Below, one piece after another: positions 62,357 to 64,000 of a stretch of DNA of 64,000 bases; within the stretch, counting starts at the first letter, position 1; every line of letters begins with the position of its first letter. The DNA comes from Ostreococcus lucimarinus. Lineage: Eukaryota. The stretch lies in NCBI GenBank assembly GCA_000092065.1, contig CP000581.1, one strand, 5' to 3'. Made by a program: the position numbers and the translations under genes. The notes beneath the pieces are model-generated. The model made no database searches. It was not told the origin of the DNA and saw nothing but the letters and a program-made list of their open reading frames with translations.

Positions 62357-64000
62357 ATGTCTTCGCCGTCGCGCGATCGTTCGGGAGTTGTGGACACGAC
62401 CAACGCGCACGCGATGCCGTCGCCGACGCGCGCGTCTAAGTCGCCGACGCGCGCGGTAGCGACAATCGACTTGACGAATTCAAATTTCGGTCCGAACGCG
62501 ACGACGACGACGACGAGTAAGAAGCGCAAGGTGGACGCGGCGAAGGAGGCGGAGAAGCTCGCCAAGGCGCAGGCGGCGCAGGCGGCGAAGGAGGCGAAGG
62601 AGGCGGCCAAGGCGGAGAAGGCGCGACGCCGCGAGGAGGAGAAGGCGGCCAAGGAAGCGGCCAAGGCGGAGAAGGAACTAGAAATGGCGAGGGCGAAGGC
62701 GGCGAAGGAAGCGGCCAAGGTGGAGAAGGAACTAGAAATGGCGAGGGCGAAGGCGGAGAAGGAAGCGGCCAATGCGGAGAAGGAACGCGAAGCGGCGGCG
62801 CTGAAGGCAGAGAAGGCGAAATCGAAGGCGGAGAAGGAGGCGGCGGAGAAGGCGAAATTAGAGGAGAAGCGGCGACTCGAGGCGAAAAAGGCCAAGGAAG
62901 CGAACGTTTTCGCGCAATTTTTTGTGAAGTCGCCAGCGGTGAAATCGAAACCCGTGGTGACGCCGGAAGTGCGAACGCCGGAGGTTTCGCGAGAGGTGCG
63001 GGAAAAGTTGGATGATATCGTGCGCGCGGAGGATGCCGTCGAGGATATGGACGCGATTCGTGAAACGTCTTTGAAACGTTGGAAGACCAAGCGTAAAGAA
63101 TGTAGAATTGAGAAACGATGGGGTGCGCGACGCATCCAACGGGACGTCGAGGTGACATCTGTGCTTTGCTTTTCTTTGCTGAGTAAGCGCAAGCGCGACG
63201 ATGACGGGATGGTTCACAAGAGTGCGCGTCAACGCCGCTTGTTTGATATCGATGTCGCCTTATACGAGCGCCCCGCATTTTGGGGAACTGGACCGTTTCC
63301 AAACCGTCCGGCGAACGCATCCGTTGTGACTGGAAGAAGGCCGTTCGGACAAGAAAAAGATGTTGATTACGAATATGATTCCGCGGAGGAATGGGAAGGC
63401 GCTGACCAAGGCGAAAGCCTTTCGGATGAAGACATCGACGAAGAAGACGACATGCCGCAGGCTTCAGATGATGAGGACGATGGTTTTATCGCAGGCGACG
63501 ACGAGATGGCCGATGAACCCAGGCATTTCGACGCTGCAGCTATTGGCGATGATGCGGAAATGACGCAAAAGCGAAGCACGATGGCGATGCTTGCCAACCG
63601 TTCACGCCGCTCGGCGGCTCCGCTCGTGATTTCTAAATTAGCCACGACAGTTGCTGAAAATGGCGGAGAATCAAGTTTGTTACGCCTGTTCGCGTTGGAG
63701 GCGCCGTTTTCGAACGCGCCGCGCATTAGCCTCAAAGTGTCAACTTCACAGCCGGCGTCGGCGGTGAAAGCGTCGAAGACGGTTTCGAAAGCGGCCAAGA
63801 CTGCCACAAAAAAGAGTGCGGACGACATACTTCAGGAAAATCTCCGAATGCTGGTCATCTTCCTTTTGAGAAACCCGTCGTTGAAAGTGAACCAGGTGAA
63901 AGCCAAGTTCCTCGAAGAAGCTTGTCACTCAATCGCCGGTTTGAATCACTCGGCGGTGAAACGAAAGATCATGGAAATTGCGACGCATGTGTCGAATCGC
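62357..64000 (+). CDS. CAF1A: Chromatin assembly factor 1 large subunit (CAF1A/p150/FAS1-like). The C-terminal part runs off the right edge of the window.
   Basis: Continuous frame from ATG 62357 to the window end (absent from the track because truncated). K/E/A-rich KER-type coiled coil. Then the conserved CAF1A block RPAFWGTGPFPNRP...KDVDYEYDSAEEWEGADQGESLSDEDIDEEDDMPQASDDEDDGFIAGDDEM. Confidence 0.7.
   Translation, partial: MSSPSRDRSGVVDTTNAHAMPSPTRASKSPTRAVATIDLTNSNFGPNATTTTTSKKRKVDAAKEAEKLAKAQAAQAAKEAKEAAKAEKARRREEEKAAKEAAKAEKELEMARAKAAKEAAKVEKELEMARAKAEKEAANAEKEREAAALKAEKAKSKAEKEAAEKAKLEEKRRLEAKKAKEANVFAQFFVKSPAVKSKPVVTPEVRTPEVSREVREKLDDIVRAEDAVEDMDAIRETSLKRWKTKRKECRIEKRWGARRIQRDVEVTSVLCFSLLSKRKRDDDGMVHKSARQRRLFDIDVALYERPAFWGTGPFPNRPANASVVTGRRPFGQEKDVDYEYDSAEEWEGADQGESLSDEDIDEEDDMPQASDDEDDGFIAGDDEMADEPRHFDAAAIGDDAEMTQKRSTMAMLANRSRRSAAPLVISKLATTVAENGGESSLLRLFALEAPFSNAPRISLKVSTSQPASAVKASKTVSKAAKTATKKSADDILQENLRMLVIFLLRNPSLKVNQVKAKFLEEACHSIAGLNHSAVKRKIMEIATHVSNR
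62651..62790. repeat. 54-bp tandem repeat (~2.6 copies) inside the CAF1A KER region.
   Basis: Unit aaggaagcggccaagg[c/t]ggagaaggaactagaaatggcgagggcgaaggcgg repeated head-to-tail at 62651, 62705 and 62759. It encodes KEAAKAEKELEMARAKAA. Confidence 0.6.

Overview
This window is a gene-dense, high-GC stretch of a eukaryotic nuclear chromosome. I read about 40 protein-coding genes in 64 kb, roughly one per 1.6 kb, on both strands with many divergent pairs. Four short spliceosomal introns (52 to 168 bp) can be read directly, each starting GTGCG or GTACG and ending in AG.

The gene content points to a green-lineage picoalga, probably a prasinophyte or Mamiellophyceae-like organism. That call rests on a GIY-YIG-CGFS glutaredoxin (GRXS16 type), a pheophytinase-like hydrolase, a carotenoid cleavage dioxygenase, bacterial-type ribosomal protein L21, and a beta-tubulin split by two short introns. 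It is an inference, not a match.

Recognisable genes from left to right are:
- ALDH3-type aldehyde dehydrogenase (runs off the left edge)
- COQ5 methyltransferase
- a PITAIRE cyclin-dependent kinase with one intron
- TRAPPC1/Bet5
- a 1131-aa SPX-RING-phosphodiesterase(NPP)-GDPD fusion protein
- beta-tubulin
- GRXS16-like glutaredoxin
- cytosolic glutamyl-tRNA synthetase
- pheophytinase-like hydrolase
- inositol-pentakisphosphate 2-kinase (IPK1)
- ASH2-like SPRY protein
- bL21
- a VHL beta-domain protein
- clathrin light chain
- VPS28
- a GT34 glycosyltransferase
- GTPBP1
- a large secreted cysteine-rich protein ending in a legume-type lectin domain
- carotenoid cleavage dioxygenase
- tyrosine aminotransferase
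- two further alpha/beta hydrolases
- thymidine kinase
- a J-protein
- PLPBP/YggS
- NBP35
- a 2OG-Fe(II) oxygenase
- an amino-acid permease
- a full-length ABCB transporter
- CAF-1 large subunit (runs off the right edge)

The stand-out is a 1719-codon single-exon gene at 48600..53759. It encodes an adenylation domain, a carrier domain, and a C-terminal region with six predicted transmembrane segments and three tandem hexapeptide-repeat modules. That is the architecture of bacterial epsilon-poly-L-lysine synthetase (Pls)-type single-module NRPS enzymes, which is unexpected in an alga.

Many long ORFs in the supplied track are arginine/alanine-rich antisense artefacts of the GC-rich coding strand and were not called. 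The track also uses TTG/GTG/CTG as start codons, so several real ATG starts lie inside the listed ORFs. Hand-derived coordinates may be off by 1-2 nt.
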